Shown: positions 9,805 through 18,689 of the stretch, one piece after another
How positions within the stretch are numbered: position 1 is the first letter of the stretch
Layout of the letters: each line of letters opens with the position of its first letter
Assembly (NCBI GenBank): GCA_964648105.1
Contig: CAZYMH010000004.1
Span: 6,083-70,082, forward strand
Direction: 5' to 3'
DNA length: 64,000 nt
DNA from: an uncultured Candidatus Saccharibacteria bacterium
GTDB lineage: Bacteria > Patescibacteriota > Saccharimonadia > Saccharimonadales > 2-12-FULL-41-12
Translations under genes and position numbers: made by a program
Notes under the pieces: model-generated
Told to the model about the DNA's origin: nothing
Seen by the model: the letters and a program-made list of their open reading frames with translations, nothing else
The model's database searches: none

Positions 9805-10997
9805 GCCGATCAATTGTCTTGTATATGCACGTGCATCAACCATTTAGGGTAAGGCCGTATACAATTTTTGATGCAGGCCAAAATTCTAACTACTTTTCTG
9901 CCGACTATCACGACCGAACATCTAATGAACGAATTATGCACAAAGTAGCTGAAAAATCATATTTAGCTACCAATCATCACTTGCAAAGATTACTTGATGA
10001 ACATCCTGAATTTAAATTCAGTTTATCGATTACTGGTACGGCTATCGAACAAATGCAAATGTGGAGTCCAGCAAGTTTAGAATCATTCCAGAGGTTAACT
10101 CATACTGGCCGAGTTGAAATTGTAGCAGAAACATTCCATCACTCACTCGCCTTCTTCTATAATCGTGCAGAGTTCGAAGCTCAAGTCGATAAACACCGAC
10201 AATTGATTCAAGATTTATTTGGTCAAACGCCTACGGCATTCCGTAATACAGAGTTGGCTTACAATAATGACTTGGCTTATTGGGCCGACCAAAAAGGCTA
10301 TAAAGTAATCTTAGCCGAGGGTTGGGATCCAGTTTTGGGCTGGCGAAGTCCAAATTTCGTTTATCAACCAACATATACCGACGGTAATCTCAAACTACTT
10401 CTAAAAAATTATAAACTGTCCGATGATATAGCCTTCCGTTTCGGTGATCGACACTGGAAAGAATGGCCCTTAACCGCCGACAAATTTACTCATTGGCTTA
10501 ATGACTCTGGTCAGGCCACCAATTTTAATTTATTTATGGATTACGAAACATTTGGCGAGCATCAATGGCATGAATCAGGTATTTTCGACTTTTTGTCACA
10601 TCTACCTAAACACTGGTTAGCTGGGCATGACAATAATTTTATGACTGTCAGCGAAGCTGCTGATAGTTACCAAGCAGTTGACCGAGTTGACATGCCTCAT
10701 GTGGTTACATGGGCCGATACCGAACGCGATTTGTCTGCTTGGATGGGCAATGATATGCAACATCAATCGTTACAAGCCATTTATAGTCTTACCGACAAAA
10801 TTTTAAATTCCAACGATCAAAAACTGATCGAAGATTGGCGAAAACTCCAAACTTCTGACCATTTTTATTATATGTGTACCAAATGGTTCAACGATGGCGA
10901 CATCCACGCTTATTTTAGTCCGTACGAAAATCCGTATGATGCATTTATTTACTTCATGAATGCTTGGCAAGACTTACGTCTGCGGAGTGAATATTAA
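9801..10997 (+). CDS. Glycoside hydrolase family 57 (alpha-amylase / glucanotransferase type)
   Basis: 398 aa; N-terminal LYMHVHQPFR and DYETFGEH motifs typical of GH57; ATGA overlap with upstream gene. Confidence 0.7.
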   Translation: MSRSIVLYMHVHQPFRVRPYTIFDAGQNSNYFSADYHDRTSNERIMHKVAEKSYLATNHHLQRLLDEHPEFKFSLSITGTAIEQMQMWSPASLESFQRLTHTGRVEIVAETFHHSLAFFYNRAEFEAQVDKHRQLIQDLFGQTPTAFRNTELAYNNDLAYWADQKGYKVILAEGWDPVLGWRSPNFVYQPTYTDGNLKLLLKNYKLSDDIAFRFGDRHWKEWPLTADKFTHWLNDSGQATNFNLFMDYETFGEHQWHESGIFDFLSHLPKHWLAGHDNNFMTVSEAADSYQAVDRVDMPHVVTWADTERDLSAWMGNDMQHQSLQAIYSLTDKILNSNDQKLIEDWRKLQTSDHFYYMCTKWFNDGDIHAYFSPYENPYDAFIYFMNAWQDLRLRSEY

Positions 10998-12952
10998 TGG
11001 CCAGATCAGTGATCCTAAGTAACGGCCACTTAGTCGTTGGCTTAAACGAGAAAGGATTGGTGCATGATTTTTACTTTCCTTACGTTGGACTCGAAAACCT
11101 AACAACTGCCCGCAGTATGCACCACCACATCGGTATATGGGTAGATGGCGTGTTTAGTTGGCTAACCGACAACTCATGGCAAACCTCGGTTCATCACGAC
11201 GAAAACTCTCTGACTTCTTTTTGCACTTACAAAAACGATAGCTTAAACTTATCGATTCAGTCGAAAGATTTTGTCGATTACGAGCTAAATGCTTTTTGCC
11301 GAATTTTTGAGGTAGAAAATCGTGCCAATGTCGAGCGTGAAGTTAGGCTATTTTTTCATCAAGTATTTGAGATTAGCAAATCAGGTCGCGGTGATACAGC
11401 TATGTACGTTCCTCATAGCAACTCGATTTTAGATTACAAAGGCAAAGTATGTTTACTAATTTCGGGCCAAATAAGCAATACTAATCAATATTTTGATCAA
11501 CATTCGGTTGGTAATTATCGGATCGAAGGCAAAGAAGGAACCTACAAAGATGCTGAAGATGGTGAACTGTCAGGTAACAATATCGAGCATGCTGGTGTAG
11601 ATTCGGTAATTAGATTTAGCCTAAAGATCCCTGCTAATTCCAAAGGCTCGGTAGATTATTGGGTAGCCGCTGCGGATTCTCAGCCTGCCTGCGAGAAAAT
11701 TCATTTTATATTAGAAAATGGCTTAAGCCAGCGGTTTATCTCTAATCAAACTTATTGGCAAGAATGGTTGAGCCAAGCAAATAGTCAAATCTCTAGTTTA
11801 TCACCCGAAATTCAGCGACTAACGAAAATTTCATTGATGGTGATTAAAGCTCACATCGATAAAGGTGGTGGAATTATCGCCTCTTGTGATTCTTCGATCT
11901 ATAACTATGGACGCGACTATTACAGCTATGTCTGGCCAAGAGACGGAGCTTATGCAATCTGGCCATTAATACGACTTGGTTACACAGAGGAGCCAAAAAA
12001 GTTTTTTGAGTTTGTATCTGATATTGTAAATCTCGATGGTTATTTGATGCACAAATATCAACCTGATCAAGCCATAGGTAGCACTTGGCACCCATTAATT
12101 CGCAATGGTAAAACTGAACTAGCGATCCAAGAAGATGAGACAGCAATAATCGTCGTGATGCTGGGCGAATTTTTGCAATATTCTAACGACCAAGAATTCA
12201 CACAACATATTTATAAAAATTTCGTCCGCTTGGCTGTTCCCTTTTTGATTAATTTTATTGATGCAACAACAGGTTTACCGCATGCTAGTTATGATTTGTG
12301 GGAAGAGAAATTTATCACTTCTACCTATACCACCGCCATTGTCTATAAAGCGTTATTAGTTGCTGCAGATTTAGCAAAAACATTCGGTGAAGATGAGCTT
12401 AGTTCGAAATGGCAAAGTGCAGCCGATAGCTTACTTAGCAAGTATAATATTTTTATCAACCCAGACACCAAAGTTTTTCGAAAAGGATTTATTTTAGATT
12501 CCGATGACTCGCTTAAATTTGATGAAACTATTGATGTGTCGAGTTTTTACGGAGTCATGACATTCGGATATTACAATAATTCCAACTCATCTGATCTTGT
12601 GAACGCCGTCAAACACCTAGAAGAAACGCTTACAAATCCCAATAGTTTGGGCTTTCCACGGTATCAGAACGACAATTATTTCCGAAAAGATCAAAATTCA
12701 CTTCCAAATTCGTGGATTATAACTACACTTTGGGTTGCCCAGTATTATATCCGAGTTGGAGATTTGAAAACTGCTTGGAAATATATTGAATGGGTACAAA
12801 AAATGGCTAGTGAAAGCGGCATGCTACCAGAACAGATCGACCCATATAATGAAAGCCCAGTGTCAGTAACTCCTCTTGTGTGGAGTCATGCTGAATACAT
12901 TAATACGATATTAGACCTCAAAAATAAGTCTAACAAAAATATTGATAAATAA
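10997..12952 (+). CDS. Glycoside hydrolase family 15 (glucoamylase-like)
   Basis: 651 aa; YSYVWPRDGAYA and LWEE / PEQIDP motifs of the GH15 (alpha/alpha)6 barrel; TAATG overlap with GH57 gene. Confidence 0.7.
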   Translation: MARSVILSNGHLVVGLNEKGLVHDFYFPYVGLENLTTARSMHHHIGIWVDGVFSWLTDNSWQTSVHHDENSLTSFCTYKNDSLNLSIQSKDFVDYELNAFCRIFEVENRANVEREVRLFFHQVFEISKSGRGDTAMYVPHSNSILDYKGKVCLLISGQISNTNQYFDQHSVGNYRIEGKEGTYKDAEDGELSGNNIEHAGVDSVIRFSLKIPANSKGSVDYWVAAADSQPACEKIHFILENGLSQRFISNQTYWQEWLSQANSQISSLSPEIQRLTKISLMVIKAHIDKGGGIIASCDSSIYNYGRDYYSYVWPRDGAYAIWPLIRLGYTEEPKKFFEFVSDIVNLDGYLMHKYQPDQAIGSTWHPLIRNGKTELAIQEDETAIIVVMLGEFLQYSNDQEFTQHIYKNFVRLAVPFLINFIDATTGLPHASYDLWEEKFITSTYTTAIVYKALLVAADLAKTFGEDELSSKWQSAADSLLSKYNIFINPDTKVFRKGFILDSDDSLKFDETIDVSSFYGVMTFGYYNNSNSSDLVNAVKHLEETLTNPNSLGFPRYQNDNYFRKDQNSLPNSWIITTLWVAQYYIRVGDLKTAWKYIEWVQKMASESGMLPEQIDPYNESPVSVTPLVWSHAEYINTILDLKNKSNKNIDK

Positions 12953-12966
12953 ATTGAAAGTTAGCT

Positions 12967-13173
12967 TTATTTTTTACGAGGTTTAACTTCGTTACGACCT
13001 AAGTTTTTCTTAGTTTCGACATACAATACATGCTTGCGAGCAATTGGGTCGTATTTGCGTAGCTGTAACTTATCAGGCGTATTTTGGACGTTCTTTTTAG
13101 TGTAATATGTACGATGACCAGTTTCTTCTGAAACAAGTCCTACTAATTTTCGTTTATCGTTCTTTTTTCCCAT
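12967..13173 (-). CDS. rpmG: Ribosomal protein L33
   Basis: 68 aa; ETGHRTYYTKKN...KLQLRKYDPIARKHVLY matches L33, with short basic C-extension. Confidence 0.85.
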   Translation of the reverse strand: MGKKNDKRKLVGLVSEETGHRTYYTKKNVQNTPDKLQLRKYDPIARKHVLYVETKKNLGRNEVKPRKK

Positions 13174-13273
13174 ATTTAATACATCTTTAGTTGATTTAAA
13201 TTAATTATAACAGATAGAGAGTTTGGCATCAAGTACATTCTCCTAATCTAGGATATAGATTTTTCTGCAAATT

Positions 13274-13349
13274 TGGAGCCACGATCGGGATTTGAACCCG
13301 AGACCTCATCCTTACCATGGATGCGCTCTACCAACTGAGCTATCGTGGC
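13274..13349 (-). tRNA. tRNA-Thr (anticodon GGU), CCA encoded
   Basis: Reverse complement GCCACGA...TCGTGGC-U-CCA; anticodon arm CAUCC-AUGGUAA-GGAUG; T-loop GGTTCAAATCC. Confidence 0.85.
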
Positions 13350-13423
13350 AAAATATTTAGTATATTATAACAAAAAGATTGAACTTTAACAGATTATTTG
13401 CTAAACTTTTAGCTAATGTAAGT

Positions 13424-13500
13424 GCCACCTTAGCTCAGCTGGTTAGAGCATCTGTTTTGTAAACAGAGGGTCGTCGGTTCGAATCCGACAGGTGGCTCCA
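13424..13500 (+). tRNA. tRNA-Thr (anticodon UGU), CCA encoded
   Basis: GCCACCU...AGGUGGC-U-CCA; anticodon arm UCUGU-UUUGUAA-ACAGA; T-loop GGTTCGAATCC. Confidence 0.85.
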
Positions 13501-13513
13501 TTTTTATTTACAT

Positions 13514-13598
13514 GCAGGGATAGTGAAGCGGTCAAACACGACTGACTGTAAATCAGTTGGCTCAGCCTTCGGGGGTTCGAATCCCTCTCCCTGCACCA
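13514..13598 (+). tRNA. tRNA-Tyr (anticodon GUA), long variable arm, CCA encoded
   Basis: GCAGGGA...UCCCUGC-A-CCA; anticodon arm ACUGA-CUGUAAA-UCAGU; variable arm UGGCUCAGCCUUCG. Confidence 0.85.
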
Positions 13599-13643
13599 AA
13601 ATAGAAGAAGTATGCCGCAATTTTAAGCGGCTTTTTATTTTGT
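13577..13643 (+). repeat. Direct repeat copy 1: 3' end of tRNA-Tyr plus its terminator
   Basis: 67 bp; intact terminator GCCGC-AATTTTAA-GCGGC-TTTTT; 61/67 identical to copy 2, which lies 190 bp downstream. Confidence 0.8.
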
Positions 13644-13766
13644 CAATAATTCGAACGACCGATGGAAAAAGCCTTCGGGGTGAAGAATGCCAGAGGCATT
13701 CTGCAAGGAAAGCTTCCGATGAAAACTTGTTTTCAGTCGTGAAGTTTCGGGCCTGCCAAAGGTAGG

Positions 13767-13833
13767 TCGAATCCCTCTCCCTGCACCAAGCTAGAAGAAG
13801 TATGTAGCAATTATATGCGGCTTTTTATTTTGT
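13767..13833 (+). repeat. Direct repeat copy 2: orphan tRNA-Tyr 3' end plus degraded terminator
   Basis: TCGAATCCCTCTCCCTGCACCA... repeated; terminator stem broken (GTAGC vs GCGGC); preceded by an 86-nt region that does not fold as a tRNA. Confidence 0.8.
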
Positions 13834-14489
13834 TAAACAACTACCCGTTTTGCTCGTTTAACGCGAGTTCGGGTTTTGCCAGATGGTATGAGAATTTTCT
13901 TGAGTTTTTCTTCGACTTCTACAACTTTTTCTGTTTGATCAGTTACATTATAGCCTTCAGACAACAACATGTAAGATTCATGGGTTGGTTCAAGTTCTAC
14001 AGCCTTTTCTAGCTCTTGAACCATTCGTTTTTTGTTACCAAGCTTTTCTAAGGCTTTGGCGAGAGCAATATGACGAGCTGCCATTTGATCATCAAGTTTT
14101 AAAGCCTCATCAAACGCAATAACCGATTTTTCATAATTCTCTGTTTCATAAAATATCAAACCTAAGTTATGAAGACTTGAAGCAGTTGGTTCGATACTAC
14201 AAGCGATTTCAAAGCAATCGATCGCATCACGAAATTCCTTCTGTTTTGCGTACAATATACCGAGTCGATTATAAGCGGCTGCATTTTTCTCATCGATTTT
14301 TAGTATTGTAAGCAAAGCTTTTTCGGCCTTTAATAATCGATTCTCTCGCATGCCTTGATGGACAATATCCCACAATTTACCAAGTTTTTCAGAAAATTTT
14401 ACAGGCAAAACCTCTAGATCATCTTCTTTTTCGAAAAATGTTCTAAATAATAATACGCATGCCACTGCAACTGCTAATAGTTCTATCAT
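13833..14489 (-). CDS. TPR-repeat protein with N-terminal TM helix
   Basis: 218 aa; repeated A-x-x-Y-N-x-L-G / A-x-x-x-F-x-x-A-L 34-residue units. Confidence 0.7.
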   Translation of the reverse strand: MIELLAVAVACVLLFRTFFEKEDDLEVLPVKFSEKLGKLWDIVHQGMRENRLLKAEKALLTILKIDEKNAAAYNRLGILYAKQKEFRDAIDCFEIACSIEPTASSLHNLGLIFYETENYEKSVIAFDEALKLDDQMAARHIALAKALEKLGNKKRMVQELEKAVELEPTHESYMLLSEGYNVTDQTEKVVEVEEKLKKILIPSGKTRTRVKRAKRVVV

Positions 14490-14542
14490 GGACGATTAAT
14501 ATTATATAAAAAATGATGAATAATCTCAAATCTGGCTAGTAT

Positions 14543-15397
14543 TTACAAACTAAAAAATAGCTTAGTAAGAGCTAATTTGGTGTTACAGCCTTTATTAATT
14601 TCGCGGCTAGTTTGATTAATCTTATCTATATAGTTCAAATTATTTGATATTTTTTCACTTCTATTTTCGGCATCGAAACTCTTTTTTAATATCGCATCAA
14701 AAATCACTAGCATTGCGTCCAAAATTTCAGATATATCAATTGCTTTATTTTTAATAATCTCATCAATCATCGACAATCTCTCAAGTCGGTTTTTTGCGAT
14801 AATCGACTTGGCATAGTTGATATTAGTAACTAGATTATTATTTTGATTGTTTCGCATAAGTTCATCTAGCAACCTGGCATGACCGAAGGAGATGTGATAA
14901 TTTTTCTCGAGTTCAGAAGTATCTGATTGTGAATAAAAATTAGTAGCCTGATTAAGTGAAATCGGCTTAATTATAATCGAAGTGATCCTCGATTTAATTG
15001 TTGGTAAAATATTATTTACATCTGTTATATTTAATATAATTAATGTGTCGAGGGGTGGCTCCTCCAAAGTTTTGAGGAGTGAATTTTGGGCTTCACGAGA
15101 AAGCTGATCGGCATGATCAATTACTACTATTCGACGGATCAGGTTATGACCAGTAGTTGTTAGGCTCAATTTTTTTTGAATTATTCTTACCTGCTCGATA
15201 CCATCATTTTGGCCATCAATTTGTAAGAAATTTGAATCAATAACAATTTTTGGTACTAAATTACGAGCGATTTTTCGGGCTATATACATTTTACCCACAC
15301 CAGTTTTACCAACCAAACCGATAGCTTTTGCTTGGGGATTTTGCAAAATATTATCAATTTGCTTCTTTACGAACGGCTCGATTAGTAATTTACTCAT
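14543..15397 (-). CDS. holB: DNA polymerase III delta-prime subunit (clamp-loader AAA+)
   Basis: 284 aa; GKTGVGKMYIA P-loop-like, VVIDHADQLSREAQNSLLKTLEEPP box. Confidence 0.7.
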   Translation of the reverse strand: MSKLLIEPFVKKQIDNILQNPQAKAIGLVGKTGVGKMYIARKIARNLVPKIVIDSNFLQIDGQNDGIEQVRIIQKKLSLTTTGHNLIRRIVVIDHADQLSREAQNSLLKTLEEPPLDTLIILNITDVNNILPTIKSRITSIIIKPISLNQATNFYSQSDTSELEKNYHISFGHARLLDELMRNNQNNNLVTNINYAKSIIAKNRLERLSMIDEIIKNKAIDISEILDAMLVIFDAILKKSFDAENRSEKISNNLNYIDKINQTSREINKGCNTKLALTKLFFSL

Positions 15398-16254
15398 TGC
15401 ATTTTTAATTCAAATTCTTTTGGTAAAGCAGCGATAAATTTTTTTTGAACTCCGCTAGGTAACTTAACTTGAAGTGTATGAGCATGAAGATATAACCTAT
15501 CAGCTTTTTTGCCATCATAAAATGTATCACCGATAATTGGATGGTCCAAATATCTCAAATGAACTCTTAGTTGGTGAGTTCGGCCTGTAATTGGATTGAG
15601 TTCGAGTAATGAATATATATGATTTTGAGTGATTGTTTTGTACTTAGTCTGAGACGGCTTACCATTTGCTCCGACCCGAAATGTTTGTGGTTTTTTGGGG
15701 TTTCGGATTATTGGCAAATCAATCATTGCTTCAGGATTTTTTAAACTACCTTCTATAATCGCTGCGTATGATTTTTGACATGTTCGCTCAGCAAATTGTT
15801 TTTGCAAAAAACTATAGCTTTTTTGATTCTTAGCACAAATCACTACTCCGCTCGTTGCTCTATCTAGCCGATGTACAATCCCGCCTCGGTCATTATCGTC
15901 ACTAAACTCGTAATTTGGACGCAACTTCAACCAATCTGCCAATGAAGTCTCAGGATTATAAGCACCTTTACTGTGAGTTAATGTTCCAATTGGTTTGTTA
16001 GCAACGACAACATCATTATCCTCATAAATAATCTCGACGTCGATAGTTTCTTTGGGTTTATTAAGATTTACTAAATCAAGTTTGATTTCATAGTCTTTAT
16101 CTTGGTATAGATCAATCGATGGCTTTTTTAAACAATAACCATCGACTTTCACGCGACCGTCTTTGATTAATTTTTGAATTAAAGATCGTGAATATTCTGG
16201 ATATTTTTGAGCCAAAAATGTATCAAGTCGTATTTTCGGGTTTTCTTCGTTCAT
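15394..16254 (-). CDS. RluA/RluD-family pseudouridine synthase with S4 domain
   Basis: 286 aa; N-terminal RLDTFLA S4 motif, catalytic HRLDRATSGVV. Confidence 0.8.
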   Translation of the reverse strand: MNEENPKIRLDTFLAQKYPEYSRSLIQKLIKDGRVKVDGYCLKKPSIDLYQDKDYEIKLDLVNLNKPKETIDVEIIYEDNDVVVANKPIGTLTHSKGAYNPETSLADWLKLRPNYEFSDDNDRGGIVHRLDRATSGVVICAKNQKSYSFLQKQFAERTCQKSYAAIIEGSLKNPEAMIDLPIIRNPKKPQTFRVGANGKPSQTKYKTITQNHIYSLLELNPITGRTHQLRVHLRYLDHPIIGDTFYDGKKADRLYLHAHTLQVKLPSGVQKKFIAALPKEFELKMQ

Positions 16255-16256
16255 TA

Positions 16257-17327
16257 TTATCTGATACCGACAAGTTGTTGAACTTTCAAGAGTTTGGCTT
16301 GAGCTTGTTGATTCATGGTTTCTTCGTCTTGTTGTAATTTAGTGAGAATAACCTGCTCATCAACTTGAGCTAACTTAGCCTGAAAATCAGCAACAAATTG
16401 ACAAGTTTTTTCCGCTAATTCTTTTTTTAACGGACCATACTGCGTTTGACCAGAAAATCTTGTAGAAACTTCATCAATTGATTGATTATCTAGAAGTGCA
16501 AGCAGCTGAAGTAGATTGCTTATTCCTTGCTGACTGGCTGGGTTGTAACTGATTTTTTCTAAGCTATCAGTAGTTGCTGACATAATTTTCTTTTTAACTG
16601 CTTCAGGACTATCATTCAAAAATATTACGCCCTTAGATGATTCATCACTTTTACTCATTTTTTTGGTTGGATCAGCTAAATCCATAATTTTTAAAGTTTT
16701 TTGGCGTTGAAAAAACTGATTTTGTTTATCTACTGGCTCAGGTACCGTAAAAACTGGTTCAAATTTATTATTGAATCTCTCGGCAATATCGCGGGCAAAC
16801 TCTAAGTGCTGAGTTTGATCTTCGCCAACTGGCACATATTTTGCGTCGTAAAGTAAAATATCACTAGCCATCAAAACAGGGTAATTAAATAAGCCTACTG
16901 AAATATTTTTGCCTTTTATCTCGGTTAACTCTTGATCAAGACTCATGTCATTATCACTAATTAAGTTCTGAGATTTATCCTTAAATTGGGTCATACGACT
17001 CATTTCGCCAAAACTTGTAAAGCAATCTAGTATCCAAGTTAGTTCAGAATGAGCAGGAATGTAGCTTTGACGATACAAAAAAACATTATTATCATTCAGG
17101 GGCAAACCAGCGGCAACAAACATTTTGATATTATCCATAATCTGAGTTTTTAATATTTTGTGATTGATTGCAGTCGTAAAGCTGTGAAGATCAGGTACGA
17201 ATAAGTTTATTTGGTAATTATCTTGATTTTGTTTGGCCATTTGGACAATCGGTAGTAACGCACCAAAATAATTGCCAATAGTCAGGTTGGTATTGGCTCG
17301 AAGGCCAGTCAAAATCACACTTTTCAT
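16257..17327 (-). CDS. trpS: Tryptophanyl-tRNA synthetase
   Basis: 356 aa; TGLRANTNLTIGNYFGA (HIGH region), KMSKSD. Confidence 0.85.
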   Translation of the reverse strand: MKSVILTGLRANTNLTIGNYFGALLPIVQMAKQNQDNYQINLFVPDLHSFTTAINHKILKTQIMDNIKMFVAAGLPLNDNNVFLYRQSYIPAHSELTWILDCFTSFGEMSRMTQFKDKSQNLISDNDMSLDQELTEIKGKNISVGLFNYPVLMASDILLYDAKYVPVGEDQTQHLEFARDIAERFNNKFEPVFTVPEPVDKQNQFFQRQKTLKIMDLADPTKKMSKSDESSKGVIFLNDSPEAVKKKIMSATTDSLEKISYNPASQQGISNLLQLLALLDNQSIDEVSTRFSGQTQYGPLKKELAEKTCQFVADFQAKLAQVDEQVILTKLQQDEETMNQQAQAKLLKVQQLVGIR

Positions 17328-17365
17328 ATCATTATTATACCTTTTTTCGATATTTATTAGTAATT

Positions 17366-17392
17366 AAAAACACCCTGCACGAGGGCAGAGTG
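17366..17392 (-). terminator. Rho-independent terminator after rpsI
   Basis: Minus strand CACUCUGC-CCUCGU-GCAGGGUG followed by UUUUU. Confidence 0.6.
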
Positions 17393-17413
17393 TTTATACC
17401 AAAAGAAACAAGA

Positions 17414-17803
17414 TTAACGTTTTGTAAATTGACGTTGTTTTCTGGCTCCTTTGAGTCCGAATTTTTTACGTTCTTTCTCTCGAGGATCACGTCCTAATAG
17501 TTCTGCTCTTCTTAGAGTATTTTTTAGACTCTCGTCCATTTCTACTAAGCTTTTAGCAATACCTAAACGAATTGCTTCGACTTGGCCATTTACACCACCG
17601 CCAGAAACTTTGACAGATACGTCGTATTTACCATTTAACTCTAAGGCTACAAATGGTTTTTCAATCTCGTTCAACGAATATTTACTACTCGAAAAATATT
17701 CTTCGGCTGGTTTATCGTTAATCACTACTTTGCCAGTGCCTTTTTGCAAGCGAACTCTTGCTGTAGAGCTTTTACGACGTCCAAGTGCATAAAAATATGC
17801 CAT
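17414..17803 (-). CDS. rpsI: Ribosomal protein S9
   Basis: 129 aa, canonical S9 sequence ending ...RKQRQFTKR; L13-S9 pair. Confidence 0.95.
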   Translation of the reverse strand: MAYFYALGRRKSSTARVRLQKGTGKVVINDKPAEEYFSSSKYSLNEIEKPFVALELNGKYDVSVKVSGGGVNGQVEAIRLGIAKSLVEMDESLKNTLRRAELLGRDPREKERKKFGLKGARKQRQFTKR

Positions 17804-18246
17804 TATTTAGTCCTTCCATTTAAGTGAAATTTCTCAGGTTTTTGGGCAGAATGTTCATGTTCAGCACCTGAGTAAATTTTGAGTCTTTTTAGTCTTTCAT
17901 CACGTAATTTGTTGACGGGTAGCATACCGCGAACTGATCTCATGATTACTTGGCATGGGTCTTTGTCCATCTCAAATTGTAGATTTGATTCTTTTAGTCC
18001 TCCAGGGAAATTAGAGTGACGATAATACATCTTTTTATTTAATTTATCACCTGTAACAACTAAATTCTCTGCGTTTACGACGATTACGTAGTCACCGCAA
18101 TCAATATGTTTAGTAAACATAGTTTTACGTTTACCGATTAAGAGTTCGGCAACTACTGTCGATAGTCGCCCTAGTGAGGCTTCTGATGCATCTATTTCGT
18201 ACCATTTACGAACTACATCTTTTGGTTTAGCAGAATATGTATTCAT
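17803..18246 (-). CDS. rplM: Ribosomal protein L13
   Basis: 147 aa, KWYEIDA...LGRL N-terminus typical of L13. Confidence 0.95.
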   Translation of the reverse strand: MNTYSAKPKDVVRKWYEIDASEASLGRLSTVVAELLIGKRKTMFTKHIDCGDYVIVVNAENLVVTGDKLNKKMYYRHSNFPGGLKESNLQFEMDKDPCQVIMRSVRGMLPVNKLRDERLKRLKIYSGAEHEHSAQKPEKFHLNGRTK

Positions 18247-18689
18247 TATTTTGTCTCCTTCTTGGGAGTTGGTTTAGGCGATGATTTTTTTGCAGTCACT
18301 GGACTCGCAACTTTGGGGCTAGATTTTGATAAATCATCAACAAAGCTAACTTTAGCCATCTGAGAATTATCACCTCGGCGTAGAGCGGTTCGTTCAATCC
18401 TAAAGTGACCACTGCTGCGAGCTAATAATTTAGGTGCGATTTCATCGATCAATTTATGTGCGGAATCAGTGGTTTGTAACTTGGCAATTATTTGCCGACG
18501 ATTATGTAAACCACCTTTTTTGGCTTTGGTAACCAGTTTTTCTAGATAGCTAACTAATTCTTTGGCTTTTGGTAGCGTTGTCTCAATTGATTCATACTTA
18601 ATCATGGAATCGGCCAAACCCTTCAATAAAGCCCGACGTTGATCTCGTTCTCTACCAAATTTTCTTCCTTTATATCCATGTCTATGCAT
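18246..18689 (-). CDS. rplQ: Ribosomal protein L17
   Basis: 147 aa, MHRHGYKGRKFGR...RALL start; Pro/Lys/Ser-rich C-tail. Confidence 0.95.
   Translation of the reverse strand: MHRHGYKGRKFGRERDQRRALLKGLADSMIKYESIETTLPKAKELVSYLEKLVTKAKKGGLHNRRQIIAKLQTTDSAHKLIDEIAPKLLARSSGHFRIERTALRRGDNSQMAKVSFVDDLSKSSPKVASPVTAKKSSPKPTPKKETK

Noticed and set aside
13523-13765. 80-aa plus-strand ORF from the track
   Set aside because: It begins inside tRNA-Tyr and runs through the terminator and the duplicated scar, so it is an artefact of the ORF scan.
13703-13788. Second functional tRNA (a tRNA-Tyr paralogue or unusual tRNA) ending in the duplicated ...TCCCTGCACCA
   Set aside because: The acceptor stem has an A-C mismatch, the T-stem pairs at only 3 of 5 positions, there is no D-arm GG, and the best anticodon-like hairpin has a 3-4-nt loop. 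I treat it as a scar or pseudogene.
17451-17792. Long antisense ORFs inside ribosomal, tuf and fusA genes (for example 17451-17792, 27180-27530, 36930-37340, 37355-37732, 41971-42300)
   Set aside because: They lie entirely within strongly supported conserved genes on the opposite strand, and their translations are Ser/Leu/Ile-rich low-complexity sequences typical of shadow ORFs.
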